IMG/VR virus record: IMGVR_UViG_2772190778_000001
Reading direction: 5' to 3' (one strand)
DNA from: a virus
Taxonomy: Duplodnaviria > Caudoviricetes
Length of the DNA: 64,000 bases
Both the position numbers and the translations under genes were made by a program. The notes below the pieces were generated by a model. The model was not told the origin of the DNA. It ran no database searches and saw only the letters and a program-made list of their open reading frames with translations. Numbering within the stretch: the first letter of the stretch is position 1; every line of letters begins with the position of its first letter. Below, piece after piece: positions 9,436 to 18,567 of this stretch.

Positions 9436-12236
9436 CCTCTCCCTAATGGATCGCGCCGGATCGCCTCGACCCGGCCCGGCAGTTGTTGCGCCGAGAAATC
9501 GTCAACCACCTCGATGGCCACGTCGCGCGCGCGCTCTTCGGCGACGACGCGGAAAAGCTCCGACGGCTCGATGCGCAGGCGCGTGACGCTATTGCTCTGC
9601 AGGCCTGCGCCGCCCGCCGTCCCGACTGCACCCCCCGCCTGCGCGGGCAGCGGCAGGCCGCCCCCGGCAAAGCCCGGGATGATCGCGCCTGCGTTCATGG
9701 CTTCGAGCAGCGCGCGATTGCGGGCTGTGGCCTCGGCCGTCATGATGAACTCCCCGGCGCTGACCAGCGCGGGGATCTTGTCGCCCCGGCCTGTGCCTGC
9801 GCCCAAGAGGAGGCCGGGGCGGGTGACGAGAGGATCGCCGCCAGCGGCGAAGCCGGGCAACCCGCCGTTTGCGAAGGACAGAAGCGAGCCGCCGGAGAAG
9901 AGACCAAAGAGATCGCCAAGCGCGCCGCCGCTGCCGCCCCCGCCGAAGATCCCGCCCAGAAGGCCGCTGCCGCCAAAGAGCCCGCCCAAAGGACCTGACC
10001 CGAGGATGAGCGCCTCCTTGGCCGCGCGCACGATCATGTCGCCGATGCCTTTCCAGACGTCCCGCAGGCTTTCGGCCTCGAGGAGCACGTCATCTACGGC
10101 GCGGCTGAATTCCTCCTTGCGCTCCAAGGCGACGCGCTCGTTTTCATGGGCCTCGACAAGGGCCTCTATCTCTTCGCGCTGTTTCGGTGTTGCGGCGGTG
10201 AGGCTCTCGCGTAGGCGGATCATCTCGCGTTGCACCGGGTCGCTTTCACGCAAGGCCTCGATCTCGCGCCGCTTGCTCTCGATCAGCCGGTCGAGCGCCT
10301 GTTGTTCGCGCAAGGTGGCATTGGTCGACGCGCCCCGCGCGCCGCTGGTGGACCGAGTGGGCCGGGCCAGTTCGTTGAGCCGGGCGGTCTCGCGCGCCAG
10401 TTCGACCACAGCGTCCCGGCGCGCGTTGAGGGCGTCGACCGTTGGCAGATCACCGCTGGCCTCACCTCTGATGACGGCGGTTTCCCGGTCGAACCGCGCG
10501 CCCGCCAGTGCCCCCGCACGGCCCACCGGATCGTCGCGGAACTCCGCCCGGATACGGGCGTTCTCCAGTCCGACTTCGCCTTGGGACTGCAAGTCGAACA
10601 TTGCGTCGACGGCTCCGCGCACTTCGGCTGAGAGCCGTGCTGCCTCGTCGGCCGCCGCGCGGATACTGCCCGACATGTCGCTCGTGGCGATCTCGAATGC
10701 AGCTTGAGCCGCCTCGCGCATGGCGTCTTTCGTCTCCACGCTCGCGTCTGAGGCATCGGCCTCCGCAAGTGCGGCGTCGAGGGCGAACTGAGCGCGCAGG
10801 CGTGTCACGGCCGCGCTGTCCGCGCCATGCTGTGCGATGGCCAATGCAATCGCATTCTGCTCGGTCATCGTTGAGAGCATGGCCTGCGCCGCCGCCTCGG
10901 CCTTGAGCTGCTCGCCGGTGGCTTTGGTCACCAAGTCGAGGAAGGTCAGCATTTCCTCGATCTGGCGGTTCCGCGCGGGGTCTTGGCTTTGAAGCTGGGC
11001 GACTTCGGCCAGACGTAGACGCATCTGAGCCAACGTATCGAGCCGGGCCTTTTCAGCCTCCGAAACCTCGCCCGAGGCCTTTGCGGCGGCGCTGTAGCTT
11101 TCGATCAGCGCGTCGACGGCGGCAGCTTGTTCTTCAACGGTGCCTTTGGCGGCCTCCTCTAGGGCGGCAAAATCGTTGAGAACGTCCTGGACAAGTTGAC
11201 GGCTCCCGGCGCGCATCCGCCCAAAGAGGCCGCTGAGGTCAAGCTCGGACGCCAAGGTGGAAAGTGCCTGCCCTTCGGCCACGTCGAGCCCGCCGTCGAC
11301 AGATTGCGGCAGGAGCTCGCGGTTGCGGTTGACGCGCCCAAAGTCGACGCCGGTCTCGCCCAGAAAGCTTCCAATATTGTCGCGCGTTTCACGGGCGACG
11401 GCACGCTTTTCAGCCTCGACGATCCGGTCAAGCAGATCTTGGGCGCGCTCGACGAAGCCTTCACCAAAGCGCTCGGCCAGTTCGAGCCGGGTGCCGGAGG
11501 CCTCGGCGATCTTGTCCTTCAGGCTGTCGATCCGGGTCTCCAGCGCCTCGACCGTATCTGCGAATGTCTCGCCCTCTTCAGAGGCGGACATGAACCAATT
11601 GACCACGGTCGCCGTCGCCGCCAATGCGGCGATGGTGATCAGGTTGATCGGGCTCAGCATCGACAGGACCGCGCCCCCCAAGGCCCGGAACGCGCCCGCC
11701 GCTCCGAGCGGACCGATGACTTGGGTGATCTGGGTGCCCTGTTGAATGGCCAGCGTCAGCGGGTTTTGCCCCGCCGCCAGCATGACGAACACGTCATTGC
11801 CTTGTGCGACGAGGTTGCCCATCGAGCCTGCGGCGAGGCGATTGGCACCTGCCAATTGCTGGGCCGCCATCGTGCTGCGGGCAAAATCCGCGTTCAGGCT
11901 GTCTAGGGCGGCGTCATATTGCCGCGAGGTAAGCGCGCCGACCCTTTGAGCTGCATTTAGTTGTTCGAGCGCCGTTTCGTACCGTTTACTCGCCGCGAAC
12001 AGTGGGTCGAACTGCGCGCGCAGCCGATCCTGTTCTTGGGCCAGCACATTCATGCTCTCTTCGGCGGATTTTGTCGTGCGCGCCACGATGTCCATGCCGC
12101 GCCCGATACCGACACCTTCAACTCCAAGCGCCCGAAGATCCCTTGCCGCGCCGAGCGACGCCACGGCCAAGCTCCGCATCTGCGCCTTGGCCTGTTCGGT
12201 ATCCATCAGGATTTCGCCCTGGACACGCAACGTCAT
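9432..12236 (-). CDS. Tail tape measure protein, 934 aa
   Basis: Ala-rich helical protein, GQNPLTLAIQQGTQI motif, Gly-rich C-terminus, follows chaperones. Confidence 0.9.
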   Translation of the reverse strand: MTLRVQGEILMDTEQAKAQMRSLAVASLGAARDLRALGVEGVGIGRGMDIVARTTKSAEESMNVLAQEQDRLRAQFDPLFAASKRYETALEQLNAAQRVGALTSRQYDAALDSLNADFARSTMAAQQLAGANRLAAGSMGNLVAQGNDVFVMLAAGQNPLTLAIQQGTQITQVIGPLGAAGAFRALGGAVLSMLSPINLITIAALAATATVVNWFMSASEEGETFADTVEALETRIDSLKDKIAEASGTRLELAERFGEGFVERAQDLLDRIVEAEKRAVARETRDNIGSFLGETGVDFGRVNRNRELLPQSVDGGLDVAEGQALSTLASELDLSGLFGRMRAGSRQLVQDVLNDFAALEEAAKGTVEEQAAAVDALIESYSAAAKASGEVSEAEKARLDTLAQMRLRLAEVAQLQSQDPARNRQIEEMLTFLDLVTKATGEQLKAEAAAQAMLSTMTEQNAIALAIAQHGADSAAVTRLRAQFALDAALAEADASDASVETKDAMREAAQAAFEIATSDMSGSIRAAADEAARLSAEVRGAVDAMFDLQSQGEVGLENARIRAEFRDDPVGRAGALAGARFDRETAVIRGEASGDLPTVDALNARRDAVVELARETARLNELARPTRSTSGARGASTNATLREQQALDRLIESKRREIEALRESDPVQREMIRLRESLTAATPKQREEIEALVEAHENERVALERKEEFSRAVDDVLLEAESLRDVWKGIGDMIVRAAKEALILGSGPLGGLFGGSGLLGGIFGGGGSGGALGDLFGLFSGGSLLSFANGGLPGFAAGGDPLVTRPGLLLGAGTGRGDKIPALVSAGEFIMTAEATARNRALLEAMNAGAIIPGFAGGGLPLPAQAGGAVGTAGGAGLQSNSVTRLRIEPSELFRVVAEERARDVAIEVVDDFSAQQLPGRVEAIRRDPLGRG

Positions 12237-12237
12237 C

Positions 12238-12594
12238 TCAGCTCTCCCGCATCGCGGCCACGGCCGCGCCTTCGATCACCTGCACCTCGGCCCAAAGTGC
12301 GGGCGTGACCTTGATCCCGCTCATGCGCAGGCCCGCCCGCGCGGCCGTGTAGTCAAGGCCCACCACGCGGAAGCCCGCGAGCCCGGCCGAGACGGTGCGC
12401 CATTGATTGCAGACCGCGAGAAAGGCGCGCAGCGCCGGGACATTCTGCGGCCAGACACCAGAGCCGGAGCCGGACGGATCACGATTGAGCTGGCCCGGGT
12501 CGATCCCCCAGAAGGCTGCCTCGTCATCATGGTCGCGCCCCTCGTCATCCTCGATCAGGTCGCCGCGCGCCCATGCCCGCCCGGCCCATTTCAG
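12238..12594 (-). CDS. Tail assembly chaperone -1 frameshift extension (gpGT-like, DUF1799-like)
   Basis: Open -1 frame from slippery A AAA AAC to TGA at 12238; conserved in P2. Confidence 0.75.
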   Translation of the reverse strand: MKWAGRAWARGDLIEDDEGRDHDDEAAFWGIDPGQLNRDPSGSGSGVWPQNVPALRAFLAVCNQWRTVSAGLAGFRVVGLDYTAARAGLRMSGIKVTPALWAEVQVIEGAAVAAMRES

Positions 12595-12920
12595 TTTTTT
12601 ACCCGTTTCCCCATCAGCGCTGCGTAATAGGCGTTGATCATCGCCACGCGGACGTAAGCCAGACCAATCAGCCGGTCGCGCAGCGCGTGGCTGTATGGCA
12701 GCGCGACACCTTTCTCGTCCTCGACGTCGTCAAAGCCCACCACGGCCGCCGCCAGAAACTCCCGCTCGCCGCGCGAGGTGCGCATGTCGAAGGCCTCAAT
12801 CTCCTCGTCGGGCAGCACGCGGAATGTGACCTGCATGTCTTGCAGCTCGTGGCCGCCGTTGGCGGGCACCTTGATCTCGACGCGGTGGGTGAAGGTCGGG
12901 GTCTGGTCGATCTTGAACAT
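12591..12920 (-). CDS. Tail assembly chaperone (gpG-like)
   Basis: Between tail tube and tape measure; ends in slippery heptamer; near-identical P2 copy. Confidence 0.85.
   Translation of the reverse strand: MFKIDQTPTFTHRVEIKVPANGGHELQDMQVTFRVLPDEEIEAFDMRTSRGEREFLAAAVVGFDDVEDEKGVALPYSHALRDRLIGLAYVRVAMINAYYAALMGKRVKN
12594..12600 (-). other. -1 ribosomal frameshift slippery site A AAA AAC
   Basis: GTA AAA AAC TGA; -1 frame open for 118 codons; identical at 53909-53915. Confidence 0.75.
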
Positions 12921-12968
12921 GGGGGGAACTCTCTTTCAAAGGGGCGTTGAAGGGGGCGTTGAACCGTC

Positions 12969-13904
12969 TCAGGTGAGCGTCATCGTCCACTGGTCGGCGG
13001 CGGTAGCGGTGGTGGGCAAGGGCACGAGGCGCAGCGGCCATTCCTTGCGGCCCTGTCCGTCCTCCAGCCCCTCTGGGCGCTGCATCTGGGCGCGCGGGGC
13101 CGCGATATTGACGATGTTCCCGGCCGTTTTGCCGTGCTCGATCTCGACCGCGACCTTCTCTTGGGTGGCGGCCATGGTGAACGGGTTGAAGGTGGCCAGC
13201 GCCACCGCGCGCACCCGCGCCTCGATGGTGTTTTCATGCCCGTCGAGCAGCACTTCCTCCTCGCCGATCAGGAACTGCGCCTCGATGCGGTTGGCGAGGG
13301 AGAGCTTGAAGTTGCGCATCACGAGCGGGGTCGCATCAATCGTGAAGACGGGCGTGTTGGCATCCGAGGCCGCGAGCGGGTCGGGAATGCCGGTGAAATC
13401 CGCCGTGGGCACCGCCACGTCGGCCGGGGCCACATAGAGCGCGGTGAACTCGAATTCGATATAGGGAATGCCCGAGGCCGAGACGTCAAAGGCGGCGGTA
13501 CCGCGCACGCCCACCATGGCGTAGAGCGTGCCGTCGATATTGAGATGCAGCGTCACGCTCTCGAGGTTCGAATAGACCCGGTTGTAAACCACGGAGGTGC
13601 CCACGGTCACGGTCTCGGCGCAGCCACAGGCGCGCAGGAGGCGGCCCCAGCGGGGCGCTGTCCCGGCGGTACCGGAGCCTGCCAGCTCGACCTTGAACGA
13701 GATGGTGCGGTGCAGATCGACCGGGATCGTGCCCGTTGGGCCGCCGTGCGGCGTGTCGAGATTGCGGTCGAGGTCTTGACCCTGCATCGGCGACAGGCGC
13801 ACATCGGTGGCGAGGATCGCATCGCCTCCCGTGGGGGCAGCGTCGGTGCCATAGGTGGTCTCGAGCTTTGCGAGCAGGACCTTGCGTCTCCAGAGGCGGC
13901 TCAT
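12969..13904 (-). CDS. Major tail tube protein
   Basis: RRKVLLAKLETTYGTDA N-terminus, 311 aa, synteny. Confidence 0.85.
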   Translation of the reverse strand: MSRLWRRKVLLAKLETTYGTDAAPTGGDAILATDVRLSPMQGQDLDRNLDTPHGGPTGTIPVDLHRTISFKVELAGSGTAGTAPRWGRLLRACGCAETVTVGTSVVYNRVYSNLESVTLHLNIDGTLYAMVGVRGTAAFDVSASGIPYIEFEFTALYVAPADVAVPTADFTGIPDPLAASDANTPVFTIDATPLVMRNFKLSLANRIEAQFLIGEEEVLLDGHENTIEARVRAVALATFNPFTMAATQEKVAVEIEHGKTAGNIVNIAAPRAQMQRPEGLEDGQGRKEWPLRLVPLPTTATAADQWTMTLT

Positions 13905-14020
13905 TTATCAGCGTCCTTCTTTTCGGGTTTCGGCGCGGGCGCAGGCTTGGTCCCTGCGGGTTTGAGCGCGCCCTTGTCGTCGCGGGTGTAGGACCCGCCG
14001 GAGGTGGGGAGATTGGTCAT
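13901..14020 (-). CDS. 39-aa protein between tail terminator and tube
   Basis: ATGA overlaps on both sides; conserved at 55217-55324 (MTNLPTSGGSYTRDDKGAL). Confidence 0.65.
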   Translation of the reverse strand: MTNLPTSGGSYTRDDKGALKPAGTKPAPAPKPEKKDADK

Positions 14021-14451
14021 GAGAAGATCCTCAGTTGATCGTCGATGGAGAAATCGAGCTGATAGGCGAGCACACCGGCCCCGCTGGACATGAGTTGACC
14101 ACGCTCGAACCGGAAGACGCCGACCTCGTCGCCCGGTGCCCAGCCCGCCAAGGCGCGCACCACGCGCATCAGGAACTGGTCGATCTTGTCGAGGGAGGCG
14201 GCCCCGGTGCGGTCAAAGCTCTGCGCGAAGATAACCACGCTGGTGCGGTGGGTCAGCATCTGGCTGAACACGCCTGACGCAGCATCCGGGCGGCTGCCCT
14301 GAATGCCAGAGGGAAAGACGTAAGCCGCGACCGACTGCGCGGGCAGCTTCTTGGAGCGGATCAGATCGACAAAGGCGCGCCCACCGTCGATCCGGCCGCC
14401 AAGCTCGGGCACCTCAGATGCGAGGCGGGTCATGACATCGGTGATGGTCAT
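14017..14451 (-). CDS. Tail terminator / completion protein
   Basis: Synteny; near-identical P2 copy. Confidence 0.7.
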   Translation of the reverse strand: MTITDVMTRLASEVPELGGRIDGGRAFVDLIRSKKLPAQSVAAYVFPSGIQGSRPDAASGVFSQMLTHRTSVVIFAQSFDRTGAASLDKIDQFLMRVVRALAGWAPGDEVGVFRFERGQLMSSGAGVLAYQLDFSIDDQLRIFS

Positions 14452-14951
14452 GCAAAGACCTCGCGCAGATAGGCCTCGACCGTGTCCACGATGTCGGTCT
14501 CGTCCTTGTCGTCAAAGCCGAGGAATGGCCGGGCTGGGATTTCGACCTGGTCGACCATGATGAATTGACCATTGGGCAGGGTGAAGGCGAGTTTGGCCGT
14601 GGCGTCATCGCCTGCGGCCTTGGGCTCGATGAACGCGCCGAACTGATGGGTGGGCGCGTAGGGCACGTTGGTGCCGATGCGCGCGGACTGGCTGTCGGCC
14701 TCAGTCACGATGCTGTCGCGCAGCCGTGTGCTGTCGACCAGCGTCTTGCCGCCGAACTCCCGCGCGCGGTGCGAGATGGGCCACGCGATGCCGCCCGGTC
14801 CTTCACCCTTCTCGAACCGCTCCGAGACGGAAGTTTCCAGAACCGTCCCGATGTTCTGCATCAAAGGGGTGAGGTCGGACAACTGACGCAGCCCATTGGC
14901 GATGGCGTTGTCAAAGTCGAGACTGTCGAGGCTGACGGTGAGGGTGACCAT
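14448..14951 (-). CDS. Virion morphogenesis protein (Mu gpG-like)
   Basis: GTNVPYAPTHQFG and IPARPFLG motifs. Confidence 0.85.
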   Translation of the reverse strand: MVTLTVSLDSLDFDNAIANGLRQLSDLTPLMQNIGTVLETSVSERFEKGEGPGGIAWPISHRAREFGGKTLVDSTRLRDSIVTEADSQSARIGTNVPYAPTHQFGAFIEPKAAGDDATAKLAFTLPNGQFIMVDQVEIPARPFLGFDDKDETDIVDTVEAYLREVFA

Positions 14952-14952
14952 C

Positions 14953-15378
14953 TCAGAACCCCTTGAGGCTGTCGCGGCTGAAGGTGCCCGCTGGAGCGCT
15001 GATCTGCGGAAGCTGGGGATTGCCTCGGCCGGTGTCCTCGGGCGTCTCGTCGCCAAGCGAGGCCTCGCCCTTGCGCACTTGGCGCAAAAAGGCGACGGCG
15101 GCGTCATGGCCGTCTTTCGCCCCGTCAAAGGTGGCCGCTCGCGCGCCCAGAAGCCGATACCAGGCAATCGCGGCGGCATGCACGGTGAGTGCACGCGGCG
15201 GGTTGGCCGCAGTGTATAGCCCCGCGACATAGCTCTCGACCAGGGCCACGGCATCGTCGACGGCTACTTGTAAAACGGCATTGTCGACGACGCCCGGCGT
15301 GCCATCGCGGGCGGTGATCTCGGCCAAAAAGCCCTCGCCGTAGCGGTCGATCATATCTTGTGGTGTGAGGTAAGGCAT
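14953..15378 (-). CDS. Head-tail connector (Mu gp36 / DUF1320-like)
   Basis: MPYLTPQDMIDRYG N-terminus; 141 aa like P2 copy. Confidence 0.8.
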   Translation of the reverse strand: MPYLTPQDMIDRYGEGFLAEITARDGTPGVVDNAVLQVAVDDAVALVESYVAGLYTAANPPRALTVHAAAIAWYRLLGARAATFDGAKDGHDAAVAFLRQVRKGEASLGDETPEDTGRGNPQLPQISAPAGTFSRDSLKGF

Positions 15379-15605
15379 CAGCGTGTCAGCCCCTTGACGG
15401 CCCACATGACAGCCTCTTCGATCTTGGTGCGCGCAAGCGCGAACTCGCGCCCCTGCTCGCATGAAATCTCGGTAAGAAACGCATCCCCGATATCCTTGAC
15501 GGCTGAGACCCGGCACGCCTCGGCGTCGTTCAAGGTGCGGGGGATATGGCGCACGGGGCTGTTCGCGACCCGGGCGTCATCAGTGCTTTTGAACGTCTCT
15601 GACAT
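15378..15605 (-). CDS. Acb2/Tad1-like small protein (candidate signalling-nucleotide sponge)
   Basis: RTLNDAE...VKDIG and GREFALARTKIEEAVMW resemble remembered Acb2/Tad1 hairpin motifs; SD GGAGG; TGATG coupling; absent in P2. Confidence 0.65.
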   Translation of the reverse strand: MSETFKSTDDARVANSPVRHIPRTLNDAEACRVSAVKDIGDAFLTEISCEQGREFALARTKIEEAVMWAVKGLTR

Positions 15606-15785
15606 GGGATGCGCCTCCGGCTCAGGGTGTTTCGGTGCCGGTCTCTCCCGGCTGTCACGTCCATTTCTCAGACGTTGCAGGCTCCAACTCGCGTGGGCCG
15701 CGCCTACTCGGATCGCCTCCGGCGGGGTCTGGTTGTCGCCCGATGTGCCCGTGAGGTTCGCGATTGATCCTTTCGCTCTGGAATT

Positions 15786-16142
15786 TCAGGAAGCCGCGCC
15801 TGCGGCGGCCTGCATCTCGGCCCAGACAGTGTCCCGCACGGCGGCGGTGATCTGGTCGGCAAGGCCGGGGAGCGCGTCTTGCAGCGCCTTGACCTTGGGC
15901 TTGCCGCCTTTGTCGAAGGCGTCGCCCGGCAGGGCGTTGATGGCATTGGTCAAGGCCACGCGCAGCGCGTCGTCGAGGACAGGCGGCGGCGCGGTGTCGG
16001 CCCCGCCGTCGGTCTCTTCGATTGCGCCCAAGGCCAGAAGGCGCGCGATCTGCGCCGCGCTGCCGATCTCTTGCGCGGGGTGGGTCGATCCCGCCTCAAG
16101 CCGCGAGGCCGCGATCACAGTGCGTTTGATGAGATAGCTCAT
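15786..16142 (-). CDS. Head-associated protein after capsid (gp35-like position)
   Basis: ATGA coupling; conserved in P2 56761-57117. Confidence 0.65.
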   Translation of the reverse strand: MSYLIKRTVIAASRLEAGSTHPAQEIGSAAQIARLLALGAIEETDGGADTAPPPVLDDALRVALTNAINALPGDAFDKGGKPKVKALQDALPGLADQITAAVRDTVWAEMQAAAGAAS

Positions 16143-17098
16143 GCTGCGTCCTCGATCAGATAGCCGGTGGCGGGGGCGGCGATGACCTCGCGGAGCTGCT
16201 CGCCCACGCGCAGGGTGGTGGCGCCTTTGAGGCCGACCTTGGGGTCGAAGAAACGCCCCGAGACGCGGCCGTCGAATTGCGCGGTCCAGCCCCATGCGGG
16301 GGCGGTGCCATCGGGTCCGGCCTGTGTGTTGCGGTGGATGAGGGCGATATTGCCGCCCCAGACCTTCTCGAAGGCGGCCGTCTGACCTTTGCGCGCCGAG
16401 TTGATGTAGCTGTCGCCCACGAGGATCTCGGAAAGCTCGAAGAGCTCCGCCACCGCCTCGCGGCTGGCGCGGCCCTTGTCGCCCGAGGTCCGGTTGATGG
16501 CCTTCAGGATATCGGGATGGGTCGAGAGCGCCGTCCAGGCCTTGCGCCCCATCGCGGCCACATTGGGGCGCATGATGAAGGTCGCGTCGAGAGCGGCGGA
16601 GATCACGCCGATAGGGTCAGAGGTGGGATCGGTAAACTGGCCCGCGCCCGACAGCACCACCCGCTTGTCGGCGTCATAATTGGCCGCATCTTGCACCATG
16701 GCGGCCACGCGCTTTTCGCGGTCGAGCTGGATCAGATGGGTGAGACCCTCGACGGCACGGGCCTCGGGGTCAAAGGCCGAGTTGCCAGCGGCGCGGAGTG
16801 CCCGCGCGGCATCGATGTCGCGCTGCGGCACCACGTCGTCAAGACCGTAGTCCTTGACGGAGGAGGTGCGTTCTTCGCCGGTGAACTCGACCTGTTGGAC
16901 CAGACCTTTGCGGCCCACTTCCGTGTCCGGCACGGTGAACATCTGTTCGGGCGGATAAAAGGTCCATTTGAAATCCATCCCCATGACCGGCACGCGGGGC
17001 ATCACCTGGTCGGCAATGAAGAAGATATCGGGGTTGCGGTAGTTGACGGCGATGGCGGTCAGGACCGGATCGACGACAAAGGGGGTGGGGGTGCTCAT
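16139..17098 (-). CDS. Major capsid protein
   Basis: MSTPTPFVVDPVLTAIAVNYRN N-terminus, 319 aa, follows protease and cement gene. Confidence 0.9.
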   Translation of the reverse strand: MSTPTPFVVDPVLTAIAVNYRNPDIFFIADQVMPRVPVMGMDFKWTFYPPEQMFTVPDTEVGRKGLVQQVEFTGEERTSSVKDYGLDDVVPQRDIDAARALRAAGNSAFDPEARAVEGLTHLIQLDREKRVAAMVQDAANYDADKRVVLSGAGQFTDPTSDPIGVISAALDATFIMRPNVAAMGRKAWTALSTHPDILKAINRTSGDKGRASREAVAELFELSEILVGDSYINSARKGQTAAFEKVWGGNIALIHRNTQAGPDGTAPAWGWTAQFDGRVSGRFFDPKVGLKGATTLRVGEQLREVIAAPATGYLIEDAA

Positions 17099-17117
17099 GG
17101 ATCAGCGCTCCTAAGGA

Positions 17118-17483
17118 TCAGGTGACAGAGTGACGGGCAATGGCCACGTCGATGATGTCGCCAGCCACGCCCGCCTGCAGCGCGTAGCCGACGGCGATGT
17201 TTCCGGCCCCGGCGACGGCAGCTATGCCAAGGCCCACGCCGTTCGACGCGACGGGCGCACCGGCGGCAACCGTGCCCGCAAGCTCAAGCTCGGCCGAGCC
17301 GGACATGATCACGTCCTGAAGGTCGCCCGGTTTTGCGTCGAGCTGGTCCGAGATACCAATCGCGAGATTGGTCGCGGAGGCGGCCACAAGGATGCCACCG
17401 AGTGTGCCGAATTTAACGATCCGGCGGCCGGGCACCGCCGCCTCGGCGGGATAGGATTTGATGAACAGTCCGGGATTAGCCAT
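17118..17483 (-). CDS. Capsid cement/decoration protein (DUF2190-like)
   Basis: Ala/Gly-rich, AGVAGDIIDV C-terminus; synteny. Confidence 0.75.
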   Translation of the reverse strand: MANPGLFIKSYPAEAAVPGRRIVKFGTLGGILVAASATNLAIGISDQLDAKPGDLQDVIMSGSAELELAGTVAAGAPVASNGVGLGIAAVAGAGNIAVGYALQAGVAGDIIDVAIARHSVT

Positions 17484-18561
17484 TGTCGCTCTCCATGGTT
17501 TCCTCGATCTGGCGCGCCGCCTCGGCAAAGCTCAGCGTGCGGCCCTCGGCCTCTGCGTCCTTGATCAGGCGCTTGGCGGCGGCGGTGATGTCGTCTGGCC
17601 CTTTGACCTGCGGCAGGGCATCCCCGCCCGCCCGCTCGCTGAAGTCGATCAGCGGCTTGGTCTGCTTTGAGAGCAGATCGCGGAACCACGCGCGCGGGCT
17701 GGCGCTCTTGCCTTCGGCAAAGGCCACCTCGTCTTGCGCGTCGAGGCTTTCCATGAACGCGGCCATCTCGTCCTTGAGGCCGGGGGCGATGCGCCCGTCC
17801 TTGACCAGGGCCTCGACCAGGGCGGCGTCCTCGGCGCGGCGCGTCTTGCTCAGGGCCTCGGCGAAGGCGGCTTCCTTAGCCTCAAGCGCGGCTGCGCGCG
17901 CATCGAGCGCGGCTTGGCGGTCTTCGGGGGTTTGCGTGTCCTTGCCGGACATGGCGGTCTCTCCTTTTTGGGGTTCGGCGAATGGGATTTGTGTGGTCTC
18001 GGGCGCGCCTGTGGCGTCGCGGAGTGCCTCTTGGCCTGCGGGGGTGCGTGCCCAGGACAGGACGGCGGCAATCGCGCCTTTCAGCGTGTCCGCGAAACTG
18101 GCGGCGGGCGCTCCCTCTTCCGAGAAGGCGATCTCCAAGGTCACAGCCTCGGCGTCCTCGGCGAACTCGGCCGCCTTGAGGCCCTTCACGGCGGGGGGCT
18201 GCGCGCCCAGAAAGCCCACGTGCTTCAGGTAATAGGTGCCGGGGGTCGGGTTTGCGGCAGACTGGGGAGGATAGAAGGAGGCGCTGATCCGCTTGAAGCG
18301 GCCCGCGCGCACCATCTCGGCGAAGGCAGGCTCCACCTGGTCGGGCTCGGCAAAAAGCTCCGCCCCTTCGGCGCGCAAGCGTTTGACCCAGCCGTAAGCC
18401 GGGGCATCGGTGCGAGGATGGCCCACGACAATGGGGGCCTCATGGAGGGCGGGATTATAGGCGGTGGCAATGCCCTCGACCTCGGCTTCGGAAAACTCGA
18501 AGCTCTGCCCGGAATGGGCGGTGTGGCGACCAGCGCGGAAGATGTGAAGCGGTTTTGTCAT
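17476..18561 (-). CDS. Prohead protease/scaffold (Mu gpI-like)
   Basis: EAPIVVGHP, PAYGWV, YLKHVGFLGAQPPAVKGL motifs. Confidence 0.92.
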   Translation of the reverse strand: MTKPLHIFRAGRHTAHSGQSFEFSEAEVEGIATAYNPALHEAPIVVGHPRTDAPAYGWVKRLRAEGAELFAEPDQVEPAFAEMVRAGRFKRISASFYPPQSAANPTPGTYYLKHVGFLGAQPPAVKGLKAAEFAEDAEAVTLEIAFSEEGAPAASFADTLKGAIAAVLSWARTPAGQEALRDATGAPETTQIPFAEPQKGETAMSGKDTQTPEDRQAALDARAAALEAKEAAFAEALSKTRRAEDAALVEALVKDGRIAPGLKDEMAAFMESLDAQDEVAFAEGKSASPRAWFRDLLSKQTKPLIDFSERAGGDALPQVKGPDDITAAAKRLIKDAEAEGRTLSFAEAARQIEETMESDNG

Positions 18562-18567
18562 GACCCG

